Source: Azolla caroliniana (Eukaryota > Plantae > Polypodiophyta). Taken from it: a DNA stretch of 64,000 nucleotides. The position numbers and the translations under genes were made by a program. The notes beneath the pieces are model-generated. The model worked only from the letters and a program-made list of their open reading frames with translations, had not been told where the DNA came from and did not search any database. Shown here in pieces: positions 28,485 through 40,534 of the stretch (position 1 is its first letter; every line of letters starts with the position of its first letter). The stretch is taken from positions 2,108,001 to 2,172,000 of the forward strand of contig JBHGNT010000006.1 of NCBI GenBank assembly GCA_043228905.1, in the 5' to 3' direction.

Positions 28485-30782
28485 ATGGTGCTTCCTGGAT
28501 ATAAATCATGGTGGAAGGCGTGGAAAGCTTCCCACCTCGGCGTTAACAGCAGTAGGTCTCTGCCAGTTTCACCATCACCGTCTACTGCAAGCAACACAAT
28601 CGTTGCATGTTCTATCTGCTTAGAAAGTATGAACCTTGGCCATGCCCTCTTCACCGCTGAATGCTCCCATTCCTTCCACTTCTCGTGTATAGCTTCCAAC
28701 GTCCTCCATGGTAACCTGGTTTGCCCTGTCTGTAGAGCTACATGGACAGAAGTCCCTTTTAACTGTGGAGAAGTGTTTAAAGGAACCCCTACTCCATCAG
28801 AGGGCTTGATTAAATCCACCTCCACCTCCTGCTCCACGTTCTCTGATTCGTATTGTACAGCCTTTCTTGCAAATAGAGTACATAGTGCAACTAATTCTTC
28901 GAGAGCAGATGTAGTCAGTAGTAATAATGAGTTGCATCACTACCCCCCAGAAACCTTCCAGATACGAGATGCGGAAGAGGAGCAGCGTCTGCTCGAACCT
29001 GTGCTGAGAATGCTTGATGAAACCATAGCTACCTTCCGAAATTCGGCAGCGGAGCAGCAAGGAATGAAATCGAGTTGTATAGGGCGTGATATAGGATCCA
29101 GACTGGAACTCTCTAGCATGTTCAACGATGACGAAGCACTCGATCGGTCTACTACTGCAGAGACATCCGCAGCTGTGACAAGCCATGACAATCAGGCTAT
29201 GGTGATTAACGCAATAGTGGCGGCGGAAGACAGAAATGAAGAGCTCCGTGACGAGAGATTCTCCATACTGATTCAGATGAAAGCTTTAGGTGCAGCGAGG
29301 ATCGATCAGGAGGATCCAACTTTGGAGGGGCAGCGGCGGGTAAATGTGGACCTGGTGGCCGTGTTGGATGTGAGCGGGAGCATGGCGGGGGCAAAGCTCG
29401 GTTTGCTGAAGCAGGCCATGAGACTGCTGGTTAGAAGCTTAGGGCAAGGGGACCGGCTAAGCGTGGTTGCTTTCTCTTCTAGGGCTCGGCGGGTAATGGC
29501 ATTGAAGCGCATGAATCTTGAAGGGCGGAGAGCTGCCATGGAAGCTGTGGACTCTCTGGAGAGTCAGGGTGGGAGCAGCATAGCTGATGGGCTCTGCAAA
29601 GGGCTGGCAGTGCTCAGGCAGCGCAGAGAGAAGAATTCAGTGGCGGCTGTCATGCTTCTCTCAGATGGCCAAGATTCTTTCACCATGCAATCTCCCACAG
29701 CCCCACTGGCAGATCTAGGCAGGGCATGTACACCAGGCAGTGGTGGCAGCAGGGCTCCTAATGTAGAAGAAGCAGGCGGCGGCTATGGCGGCAAGGAGAT
29801 ATTCCCGGTGCATACGTTCGGTCTAGGTATGGACCACGATGCCATGACATTGCACGCCATAGCCGAGGAGTCGGGCGGCACATTCTCGTTCATCCAAGGC
29901 GAGGGCCACGATGTGCAGGATGCATTCGCGCAGTGCCTCGGCGGGCTGTTCAGCGTGGTGGCCCAACGAGTGGAAGTGGAGGTCCAATTAGTGTCTATGG
30001 AGGCCATGGCGGAGCTGAAGGGCGTGGAGGCGGGGAGCTATTCATGTAAGACGATCGTGCCGGGGCGGCATGTGGAGATCCATTTGGGAGATCTTTACGC
30101 CGATGAGGAGCGCGATATGTTGGGGAGCGTGTGGGTGCCGGTGCCGCCTGTGAAGGAGCAGAGTAATAATTGTGGTACTATTACAACCCTGCTCAATGTG
30201 GAGGCTAGATATGTGGACCCTTTATCTGGTGCTTCACTCCGAATGCCTCTGGCTCCAGTAGTAGTGAAGCACCCCCCAGAGGCCATTGATTCTTCGGGTA
30301 CCTCCTCATCGGCCAGCCACGTGGTGCTTATCGACCAACACCGCAACCGGCTGCGTGGCTCCAAGGCCATCGCGGAGGCCCAATCGTTGGCGGATTCCGG
30401 GGACTTCGTGGCCGCCCAGCGCTGCCTGGAGCTGGCCCGGCAGCAGCTCCAGAGCTCGATCGCATTCGCAGTCGGGGATGCCCCATCCAAGGCTCTCGAC
30501 ACAGAGTTGGGGTGCATCCATGGTCACATGAAGAACAGGCATGTGTATCACCAGACGATGGGCCGGGCCTACGCGCTGTCCGCCCAGAGTTCTTACCTCC
30601 GGCAGCGGGCGGCCATGCGAGCAAGCCCTATGTGGAGGCCATCGGCTAAATGTAGCGGAGGCGGATCTAATGGCGGCCCTCCGCCGGCATATTGCACTCC
30701 GTCGATGACATCCATGCTTCAATTCTCGCGCAACTTTAGTTGCTCCCCCTCTACCCCTAGTAGTGTTAGTAGCCGTGGATGA
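28485..30782 (+). CDS. RING-H2 / von Willebrand A domain E3 ubiquitin ligase (WAV3-related RING-vWA family), 765 aa, single exon
   Basis: Uninterrupted ORF. RING CSICLE...AECSHSFHFSCI...CPVCR; vWA with MIDAS DLVAVLDVSGSM, LLSDGQD, PVHTFGLG; conserved C-terminus (SAQSSYLRQRA...YCTPSMTSML). Confidence 0.93.
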   Translation: MVLPGYKSWWKAWKASHLGVNSSRSLPVSPSPSTASNTIVACSICLESMNLGHALFTAECSHSFHFSCIASNVLHGNLVCPVCRATWTEVPFNCGEVFKGTPTPSEGLIKSTSTSCSTFSDSYCTAFLANRVHSATNSSRADVVSSNNELHHYPPETFQIRDAEEEQRLLEPVLRMLDETIATFRNSAAEQQGMKSSCIGRDIGSRLELSSMFNDDEALDRSTTAETSAAVTSHDNQAMVINAIVAAEDRNEELRDERFSILIQMKALGAARIDQEDPTLEGQRRVNVDLVAVLDVSGSMAGAKLGLLKQAMRLLVRSLGQGDRLSVVAFSSRARRVMALKRMNLEGRRAAMEAVDSLESQGGSSIADGLCKGLAVLRQRREKNSVAAVMLLSDGQDSFTMQSPTAPLADLGRACTPGSGGSRAPNVEEAGGGYGGKEIFPVHTFGLGMDHDAMTLHAIAEESGGTFSFIQGEGHDVQDAFAQCLGGLFSVVAQRVEVEVQLVSMEAMAELKGVEAGSYSCKTIVPGRHVEIHLGDLYADEERDMLGSVWVPVPPVKEQSNNCGTITTLLNVEARYVDPLSGASLRMPLAPVVVKHPPEAIDSSGTSSSASHVVLIDQHRNRLRGSKAIAEAQSLADSGDFVAAQRCLELARQQLQSSIAFAVGDAPSKALDTELGCIHGHMKNRHVYHQTMGRAYALSAQSSYLRQRAAMRASPMWRPSAKCSGGGSNGGPPPAYCTPSMTSMLQFSRNFSCSPSTPSSVSSRG

Positions 30783-31303
30783 TTGATTGATGCTAAGAGC
30801 CTCTAACTGAGTTGAATCTCCTAATGAAACCCGGCCCTGGCCCGCCGCTGCCGGACTTATCTCGAGTAACCTGAAAGTTTTTTTATCGCACCGGAGGAGT
30901 TCTTCTTTTATCTTTTACTTCGGGGATTTTTACCCCTCGGCCAAGTCCCACGAAGTCTTTTGTCCTCCGCCCTATGGTACAAGAATTTACTCGCCGGGAA
31001 AAGGAAATAAAAGGTCGCGTGGTGTGTAGCTTGTTCTTTAAAATATTTTGGATTCTAGAGATGAAGAGAGCACCATGTACAATGAGGTGGATTCAAGAGA
31101 TCTAGTTTTAGATTGTTATTCGACTAAATGTAAATGCCATCGACCCACCCAAATGTGACCCATGTATAGATCTCCTTGTGCCTTAAACGTAACCTCGAAC
31201 CTTATTTTGTGGGCCTCGCGCAAAAATCGTATGATATCGCCCTTTACTCTTTTACAATGAATAATACTTTTGAGGGATTTCTCTCTATGTGCACAGTGCA
31301 AGT

Positions 31304-31630
31304 AAGTGGTAGGGAAAAACTCTCGATAAGGGAGATGAGCTAATTTATTTATTTATTCACCATGTGCTTCGTTTGGCCTAGATATGTGGCCCATCGATTT
31401 ATAGTGCTTTTTCAGCAAGTGGTAGGCAAAAACTCTTTGATAAGGGAGATGAATTTATTTATTTATTTATCGTGTGCCTCTTTTGGCCTAGGTCTATGGC
31501 CCTTCAATCAATATTGTTTTCTTCTTGTAAGTGACAAGCAAGCTTCTTGATCAAGGAGATGAGTTTTTTATAATGCAACATGTTCCTTTTTTTGCCTAGA
31601 ATTTTGATTCATCATTCCATATTGTAATTT
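31304..31630. repeat. Three diverged tandem copies of a ~113 bp unit
   Basis: AAGTG anchors at 31304, 31417 and 31529, each followed by GAT.AGGGAGATGA-like and TTGGCCTAG-like motifs. Confidence 0.8.
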
Positions 31631-33269
31631 TCTCTCCATGACTCTCAACCTACCTTGCGTCGACCTCTTGTTACCATTATTACTTTTCCATTCTAGGTGC
31701 ACCCATGGGTTCTCCCAATCATATTACTTTCATGTCAACGCACTTGATCACATGCGTGACATACCCATCATCAATATATATACCCTACAATTTGACGTCT
31801 TATTGTGCCTTCTCCTAATCACACCATTAAGTGTAGCATTCACCTCTTAACCATCAAATGTAAGTTGAATACTCTCTATGAGCTCTACCTCTTCCAACCA
31901 ACTTTTTTCTTTTTCTTTTCTTCAAACATTTTCTTCAATAGTATTAAGAAAAAACACCCGAAGGCTACAACTTGAGCTTGTCTGCCCATAAGCTTACCTT
32001 ATCCAACCAACTTATCTATATGTTGCTTCTATTAATGAGGAGCTCTGAAGACAAAGGCGTTGGTGCAGAAGGTCTTTGGGGGCGGGGGGGGGGGGGGTGT
32101 ATTGGCCAAGCCCAATGTTGATACCTCATAATCAGGAAAGTTTATATTTGGTTTCTATATGGTTTAGTAGTGGTCTATATAGTGAGTTGATGGAGTGAGA
32201 TGTAGTTTCTTTCATGGTTGTACCCCGCTAAGTTTTAGTATTTTATCCTCAATACCTTAATTATGCTTTTTGTGTTGTATGACAGGAAGATCACAACCCA
32301 TGTAATGGCCCCTAAAAGCCTTACATAAAAAACGTGAAAATCGATACCAAGTGTGCAAACATCACGCAATTAATTATTTACGCAAAATATAAGGAATTAT
32401 AGACCAAAGAAAGGAAAGAGGGGTGTCAGATCGTTGATCACCCGCTAGTGATGACGCGAGACAAATTTGAACCTCCTTTATGTCGATTACCATCTTATGT
32501 TAATGTGAGATGTACATTGGGTTCCATGACGATCGCATGTGCTTTGCTAACATGAGCCATAACCACACTGACATATGCCCAACATAAGTTGAGCCCCCTT
32601 CATGAGAAGATAGTTAGCCTTCTTATATGGGTAGAAACTCTAGACCCTAGTGTATTCACACTTGACTACTTCATGTGAAATAGCCAATTGATAACACACT
32701 TTATAGTTATCTCGCACCATAGAAATTGTATCATCATTCCTTTCAGAATTGATCCACGTTGACTTATTATAAGATCGAGGAAAACTACATAAAACAGTTC
32801 TCGTTCCTTTCTTGTCCTTTTCCTTACGTACGTTTCCATCATTATAACCTTTTTTTGTTTACCTACAAACCTCCCTTTCCATGTTGACTACCTTGCCACC
32901 ATCAACGAATGGTTGTGGTTTGTACTTTTTAAACCAAAGGAAATATTACAACTTTGATACACCTACATAATGTTTAACAGGTTACAAAATAGATTAGATT
33001 CATTATCATCCACGAGGAGGCCAATTTTGACCTATGGAACATATAACCTTATATATGATTCATGCCTAAGAATGAAGGTTACTTCTCTTTAGATATATTT
33101 GTCTTTGTGAAAATAATGCATCCACATATGTGCTCGCCCTTCTTGGTAGAATTTGAATGTGTCACTTAAATTATCATGTTCATGTATAAGTGAATAAATG
33201 TTTTGTGCTAGTTATAGACAAATAGATTATAACCCCAATATTTTTTTTCATATGTGTAAAGTAGTTTGA

Positions 33270-33620
33270 ATATTATGGAAGGCAAGATGTAAGTGTGTAT
33301 TTTAGAATGTCAAACCAAATGCGCTTGAGTTAGCCAAGGAGATATGGTTGATTCTCCTGCATACTCTAAGAGGTCGATATGAGGCAATACATGGTGAGCC
33401 TGATGTTGCGTTTCGAAAGCAACAACAATTTCGGGATATTTGGAAAAAGGCAAAGTTGTTCACCTATTTTGGGGTCAGAATAAAATGGAGATATGCTCCA
33501 CCAAGATGGCTTTTTCCATCCCCTGTCTTGAAGGACCATGCATGAGGGTTTCCGCTACGAAACATGTTGATTCATGTGGGTAGGAGGGTTATAATTTCTT
33601 GTATGGATTCTTTGTAGCAT
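33270..33620 (+). mobile_element. Short 3'-terminal LINE (L1-like ORF2 C-terminus) fragment, same family as 61000-62200
   Basis: LRGRYEAIHGEPDVAFRKQQQFRDIWK...IKWRYAPPRWLF aligns by eye with LKGQYDSFTGNEDMNFLKQQSFKGKWK...MDWQYVSS*WLF at about 62035-62190. Confidence 0.75.
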
Positions 33621-34849
33621 TTGGGCATCTTCTCATTAATACCACGGTGAATCTTGATTTAAAAATAAAATCAAGGATAACAATTCTAGATTATGCTTAT
33701 AGCTTTGAGTTTCCATCTTAGGCACTTGAAATTGGCTTGTATACTTTAATCCAAATTTAAATAATAAATTTAAAATATAATCTGGCATGGATGATCAATA
33801 CCACCCTTGTGGGTTGCTAAAATCATCACAAATGACCACCTACAATCAACTTACTAATGTAGTTGTCACCAAAAAGACAATTGTTGTTTTTGGAATAGTT
33901 AGCAAGTTAAACTTATACTTATCTTGGGCCAAGAAATGTTTATCAATAATAGGTTCGTCCTTACTTAATTAATATTTATTTATAAATAAATAATCAAATA
34001 TTATACACCACAAACCTAGTAGTATGAAAGTAACAATTTAGATAGTAACTACACACATATATTGATGTGTGTAGTTTCCCCCTTCAATAAAAAGAATTGG
34101 AATTTTATAGACCATGACGAGCCCAAATTATAACTTATTGGACATATCATCTTGTATGTGACTCCTTCATAAGAAGGGGGGTTTCTACTCTATGGTAAAA
34201 ACTCTTGATGTAAAAATAATGGACGCATGAATGTGCTCACCCTTGTGAAGAGAAATTTGAGCATGATACATTGTCATGCATGTTTAACAAGTCATAACAG
34301 TTGTTACAAATTAACTTGTACGCTGAGCATGCGATAACATCCTCCACTAGTTTTTTTTTTCCTGAAAAAATATCCTCCACTGGTATTAAAATGAAAATGG
34401 CCAGAGGCCATGTACAAAATAGTCTAATATTACTTCGAATATTGTAAAGCCATGCCGAATGACTCTAGCCAGTCTTTCTAGGTAAGATAAGTAAGAAAAA
34501 AAACCCCTCGCCAATCTTTATAGGCAAAGAAATTACAATGATGCCATACCATTATCCAAATCAAAGAAGTGCCCATGCTTTGCATTTGCATTTGCATCCT
34601 TCACTAGTTTTTCATTGCATATCTTCATGTTTGCATGATGATGCCATGATGCTACCTCAAGACATAACTCGTGTGAGTGAGTTTGATGAAGTGTTAAGGC
34701 TCTCTGAGAGCCAAGGCTCATGGGGGTAATGAGATGTGATTGGATACATCGAGCATTTTTTCCTTGTCTTGGGGGAGAGGAGATAGAACTTAATTGTGGT
34801 ATCATCTTATTGTTTTTAGTGCACGTTTATTAATTGTGTGTTTTCACAA

Positions 34850-34985
34850 GAGGGAGATCTTATTATTATCCTTGGAGGTCAAATATAATTTGTGAGACCA
34901 AAAGTGAAACAATTTTACATATTATGCGTGGAACTGAGTATTGACTCACAATCTTCAAAAAATTTAGTAATATAAACATTGCAAG
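34850..34985 (+). repeat. Copy of the GGAGGTCAAATAT dispersed repeat
   Basis: TTATTATTATCCTTGGAGGTCAAATATAATTTGTGAGACCAAAA...ATGCGTGGAACTGAGTA matches the copies at 17180 and 19610. Confidence 0.8.
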
Positions 34986-37134
34986 AGATGCTGAGAGAGA
35001 GAGAGAGTTTATGGGTCATAGAGGTGGGAGATGTAGTTGATGCTTGATGTCATTGCCCAATTATGGGTTTATTTGGCTGCAACTAGGAATCAGCCACGGT
35101 TCAGTTTCGACTTAACTAGTTTGGCATTGTCCAAGACAAACTCGTTAAGCGTTAACATGTTTAAGAGTTAACTCTAACCAAACTGAGCCAAACATATCGC
35201 TCAACTCGTATGGCCCAAACTGGCTTTGCAAGGCTCAAGCTGAAATAGGTTCCAGCTTGACAACTCCTCATAGTAACTATAAAGTATAACATTGATGCTT
35301 TGTGCTTTGCCTTTACAAACCGGACAATAATCATGGGTTGATTGACATATATAGGGCCAATCTTAGTGTTTACAAGTGATTATTAATCTCATAGAGCCTC
35401 TTTGATGACCATCATCTAAGTCTTATAAATAATGGAAACTACATAATTCAAAATGGTGGCGGATCTTGAGACATAGTTGGCATTCTAAATTGTTGCTCAT
35501 AATAAATGTCTTTATTTGGAGAGTATCTGTGGGGGGTGGGGGGGGGTTACAATTATGATTAGCTCTAATGAGGCACATACTAGCAACATGCAATTGCTTC
35601 TTTTTCACTATTAAAGTGAAAGGTAGGACTCATTATTGCATATGATGTTTGATTGCTCACCAAACTTGGGGGTACAATTCTCAAATTTGGCTATTGTTAT
35701 CCCCGTTGCTATTTGATGCCTCAAATATGGGTTTTTGCTCCATGTGTTCAAAACGGTCCAAATGATGAGCTTAAGATCTTGTTCCAATCTTCATGAAATT
35801 GGGGATTGCAACACATTTGGAACATGCATGATTATTTCATGTTTGGTGGTAAGCATGGGGTGAAACCTTATGTTAAGAAGTTGAAACACATTTTCATGCG
35901 AAATTTTTAGACGGTGGAGCATGTTGGGATCATTTCCTCATATGCATATTCAGTTTTTCTAATGACTTTTTAAGATGTCCCTCTATCCAGTTGTAACAAA
36001 TGGGTTTTACATACAATTAATATAATTGTGCGAACTTGGTTTATATACAATTCTTTGCTCATTAAAGGACAATCATGGATTGATAAAACATGACAAGGGA
36101 ATGAGGGGAAGATAAGTTAGCAATTTAATACATTTAAGTTAGAGAATATATTTCCATTTACTTATTACAAAGGGTGAAGTATGATAAAATATGTTCTCCA
36201 ACAAAAGTGCTCACACACGAAATGTGGTTGACATTTGATTCTCAACACTTATTACGCCATTAAACATACCATGATTACAATATAAACTAATACAAACGAC
36301 AAAGCCTTCTCAGAGTAATAAACTTTGTTGTGCACCCTTTGCCGCCCCCGCGAGTTTATGTTGGGAAGATCTTAATATACTTGCTTAAGAGATGGATGTA
36401 GAGATCTTCATGGTATCATTTCTTTTACAAGAGAAGGTCTCAATAAACACGCATGATGAAATTGATAACGAGAAACCAAGATTTCTTAGGCATCTCTTGT
36501 AATTCATTCCTCAAGATACGACGAGAAAAACTAGGCATGGTTAAGAAAAGATGATGCTTTCGAAGTTGATGGAAGATGATCTCTTAAATCTATTAATAAG
36601 TTTTTTCAATCGACAGCTACTGTCGGCATGTGTGATATTTTTCGATTAGAAAGTTTCCAGACTTATATATAAACCACATCATAAAATGTCTTCACATTTA
36701 CTTGAGAAAAAGGCTAGGGTAATTCATATTACATGAATCGCAAACCCTAAGCCCCGATCGCACTGAGGTGTGGACAAAATGTTCTTTGATTTGTGTTGGG
36801 GGTGGTCCATGGATGGGCATGAGAGTGAATGTTGGTTCCTGTTGGACATGGACTAGGAAGGAATTAAGGGAGATAGCAGGAAAGGCTAAGGAGCCTATAA
36901 GAGAAGACGTGAGAGGGAGTGAAGAAAGCTTTTCGCAGAATTCGTAAGGATTGTCGACATCATCGACCCATTCATTCGAGGATCTTGTCTCTTCTCTTGG
37001 CCCACAAATCTCCACAAATCTCTTGTTCCCCATCGCTGCTCTCCGTTGCCCCTCATTGAGCTTCGAGTGCTCTGCAAAGGTAAACTCTTCTCTCCCCCTC
37101 TCCTTTGTTTCGCCAAAATTCTGGCGTCAGGATA

Positions 37135-37480
37135 TAGAACCCTAATGCGAGTTGCAGGGTTAGGAGTAGAACTCTAGGCTTAGTGCCAGGAAACGAGTTT
37201 TAAGGGTTTGGAATTATATTCGGGTTAGAGTATGGAAACAAATTTCTAGGGCTGTGTATTGGTTTCGGGATATATAGTTAGGGGGTTAAGAACACATTTT
37301 GAAGATTAGGGTTAGAAACGAAGTTTAAGGGTTATTGTCAGGGTCGGGGTTTGAATCAGAACTAAATTTTTAGGGCTTTGCATGTGCATGATTTCCTCCG
37401 ATTCTTAGAGAGGTGCAATCTTAATTTCTGTTAAGCTAATCTACCGAAACCCAAACGCAAAATTTGAAACCCAAAACCTG
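37135..37480 (+). repeat. Degenerate telomere-like (TAGGGTT-rich) tract
   Basis: Many imperfect TAGGGTT/AAGGGTT motifs. Confidence 0.65.
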
Positions 37481-38740
37481 ATCAACTATCTGGTTATCAA
37501 GAAACTTCTTTTCTGAGTAATAAAGACATCTGGGTATTAAGGTACAACAAACTGTTCTATAGCTTTCTTGGTAGAAAGCTTGAAAACTTATGGAAATTCT
37601 GTATGTGCAACACAAGAAATATGCTAATGGAAGTTATCAACTAAAGTCTGTGGACTCTGGCTTGAGGAATGTCGAGCTAATGTGTTGTGAGTCAAGAATT
37701 ATATGACTCATGGACCTACTTATGCTCTGCATGCTAGATATTTCAGTTATGAAAGCGCGTAACAAGAAACTGGATATTCAACTATGAAAGAGCAGTTGCA
37801 GCTGGTGTTTGTTGCTCTATGACATAGACCTTGAATGAAAGGTAAAAACTGTGAGAATAGTTATGCAGTGAGTTTTAAGAATCCCTGGCTATTCGGAGCT
37901 TTTCCAAGTGTTGACAATGCATCCATCATCACAACTATATAGAGTACAGTATCTAAAGTTGGTGAATCGATAATACAATGTGTGTTGTATAGCTGATGGA
38001 TGAGTTTGACAAGGCTTGACAGCAAAGGAGCTCAGTAAGATGTAATCGTGTAGGAAATTTCTAGGTGAGAGTATACATGACATACTAGGCAGAGGCAGCC
38101 CACTTCCCAATGAAAATGATCACAGTCCATTGGTGTTGGCATGTTTGGATATTGTAACCCTGGGACCTGAAGGAGTGGAATTTGGTGGTTTTTATGGAAA
38201 TTACTCATACGAAATCTTTGTAGAATCTCCAGGGCATAGTTTTAATAGAAGATGATGCATTGTGTTGTCTGGTAGATCTCAAAGCTGCGAAACTAGTCCA
38301 GAACATCAGAATGTGAGATTTTAATACAGAGCATTGTAGTGATCCTCAACATGAGAGGAGATGAAGTACTAGCTTCTATGATCTGATGTTGAGATGAAGC
38401 AGCAATGAGTGGCAAGGGAACTGGATTAGAAAGAGAAGTGTTTTCATCTGAAGGGGGGAGATTGGGTTAGGTTTTCGAGCCATTGACTAGAGTACTGTTA
38501 GAAACGATTTCATAAAAATGGACATTGTAGCTTAGCATGATGGAACAAGTATTTGGAGTATAAAGTCAAAAGCAGTTAGATTCTGCACACTAGCTAATAA
38601 AGATTAGCTTCAGGTCCAACATTTGGTGACACTCAAGAATATGGACATATGAAGAACGCATAAACGTGTAAAAAGCAATCACTTTTGTGAGAGCTGAATT
38701 CATGCACTTTTGTGAGTACAAATTTGTATGACATCCTCTT

Positions 38741-39141
38741 GTTAGCACAAAGTTGTGTGACTTTTGTGTGAGATTTGCAGCAATCCTCCTTAGGAGTATA
38801 CCCATATAAGATGTATATGTTTATTCTGGTTTCATGCATCAAAATTGGCCTCCTGGATTATAAGAATTCTAAGTTGCCTCCTGGATCAAAGTTGTGTGAC
38901 TTTTGTGTGAGATTTGCAGTGATCCTCCTTAGGAGGATACCCATTTAAGATGTATATGTTTATTCTGTTTTCATGCGTCAAAATTGGCCTCCTGGATTAT
39001 AAGAATTCTAATTCTTTCAATGTTAGCACAAATTTGTGTGAGATTTGCAGTAATCCTGCTTAGGAGGATACCCATACAAGATGTATATGTTTATTCTGAT
39101 TTCATGCCTCAAAATTGGCCTCCTGGATTATAAGAATTCTA
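38741..39141. repeat. Three highly similar tandem copies of a ~135 bp unit in the HYL1 leader intron
   Basis: GTGTGAGATTTGCAG at 38766, 38905 and 39036. TCAAAATTGGCCTCCTGGATTATAAGAATTCTAA is identical in all three copies. Confidence 0.95.
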
Positions 39142-39303
39142 ATTTTGTCATTGTTTAAAAGCCTAAGATTTGTGCTTTTTTGTTGCATGAGGACCTCATT
39201 TGCTTGCAAACTACATGTATCATGTGTGTGTGGGAAAGAGGTTCAAATTTGATATATCAAGGTTCCTTCAGATAAAATGTGAGTAACTTGCAGGTACATC
39301 CAA

Positions 39304-40493
39304 ATGTTTAAAAGTCAGCTGCAAGAATATGCGCAGAAGGCTCGTTTTTCAACACCGATATATACCGTATCGAAGGAGGGACCGTCACATCAGCCTCGAT
39401 TCAGAGCATCAGTGGCTATCCAAGGTGAAACCTATGAATCACCAACTTTCTTTACAAATTTGAAGAGTGCCGAACATGCAGCTGCCAAAGCAGCACTGGT
39501 AGCTTTGGGAGCTAAAGCAGATTCAAACACGACATCCCCCAATACTCTGGTATTTTTGCTTGATAAAACCTCTCTAGTAACAAGGTTTCTGTACATAAAT
39601 TTGTAATGGAAATTGATTGAAACCATATTTCCAATGAACTTGCTGCAGCATGAATCTGGATTATGTAAGAGTCTCTTGCAAGAGTATACACAGAAACGGA
39701 AGCTCCCACTGCCTTTATATACTGTAATTCAAACATCTTTTGAAAAGAACATGCCATATTTTTGTGCCACTGTAGAAATTGGTGGAATTCAATACAAAGG
39801 AGGTGTCAGTAAAAACAGGAAACATGCCGCAATCTTGGCAGCAAAAGAAGCTTTGATAGCAATCTATTCAGATCCAGGTCCAAATCTCATTTTTTTAATT
39901 GTTATTTTGTCTTAATGGCCTTTTTGTTGTAACTGAGAGGGTCTAGGTGGCAGTTCAACTCTCGACCTATATGGGGGGGAATGCCCGCTATATATCTGTT
40001 TTCATTTGCTAACTATTTTATTTTTAATCATAAGAGCACATTGTATTTAATCAGAACATCTTCTCTAAATTGATCTCCAGTTCAACAAGCTACTATCAGC
40101 CAGCAAAGTACAGTGACAGAGTTTGTAGAGGTACCCTCAACAACTTCCAATCCAAGAGTGAAGCGCAAAAAGCCATCTACGGGAACACAGATGAGCAATA
40201 AGGAGAGACGAATATTGAAGTTGAACAAAGATTCGGAGAATGTCAAATTAAATGCCATTGAAGCTGCACAACAAGTGGAGTCTGATACAAATATTACTAA
40301 TGGGCAAGGTCAGAATCTGCAAGCGACAGCTGAGGATGCTTTTTTGTTAGCAGGCACTAATGCTATTCCTGGAATCACTGTGACAAACTTGAAACTTCCT
40401 GAACAAGACTTCAAAAATACAGATCCAACACTGATCCCAAGCCCAAACAGTAATAACCAACCTTTGCAGTTCTCGTGTGTGCAAACTACTTGA
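39304..40493 (+). CDS. HYL1: Double-stranded RNA-binding protein, HYL1/DRB1-like (two dsRBDs, basic NLS, disordered tail), about 295 aa, 3 coding exons
   Basis: Exons 39304-39549, 39649-39877 and 40081-40493 in frame. dsRBD1 FKSQLQEYAQK..PIY..KEGPSH..KSAEHAAAKAAL. dsRBD2 starts HESGLCKSLLQEYTQK, resembling HYL1 HETGLCKNLLQEYAQK. NLS-like RVKRKKP. Orthology to DRB1 is inferred from motif resemblance. Confidence 0.88.
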
Positions 40494-40534
40494 AAACATG
40501 AGAATTCGCAACCTGTTTCATACGATCTACAGAA

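Larger units (their letters stand above)
37080..39293 (+). other. Predicted ~2.2 kb 5'UTR intron of the HYL1/DRB1-like gene
   Basis: Donor AAG|GTAAAC at 37080 after a pyrimidine-rich leader. Acceptor TTGCAG at 39293, 10 nt before ATG 39304. Telo-box AAACCCTAA at 36742 and GGCCCA at about 36999 upstream. Confidence 0.6.

Noticed and set aside
28394-30722. Many overlapping antisense ORFs
   Set aside because: Expected from the GC-rich codon usage of the RING-vWA gene. No independent motifs.
35090-35270. MITE-like stretch with short palindromes (also about 300-430)
   Set aside because: I could not define terminal inverted repeats or target-site duplications.
39935-39990. tRNA/SINE-like B-box GTTCAACTC in HYL1 intron 2
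   Set aside because: No cloverleaf or convincing A-box. Too short to support.
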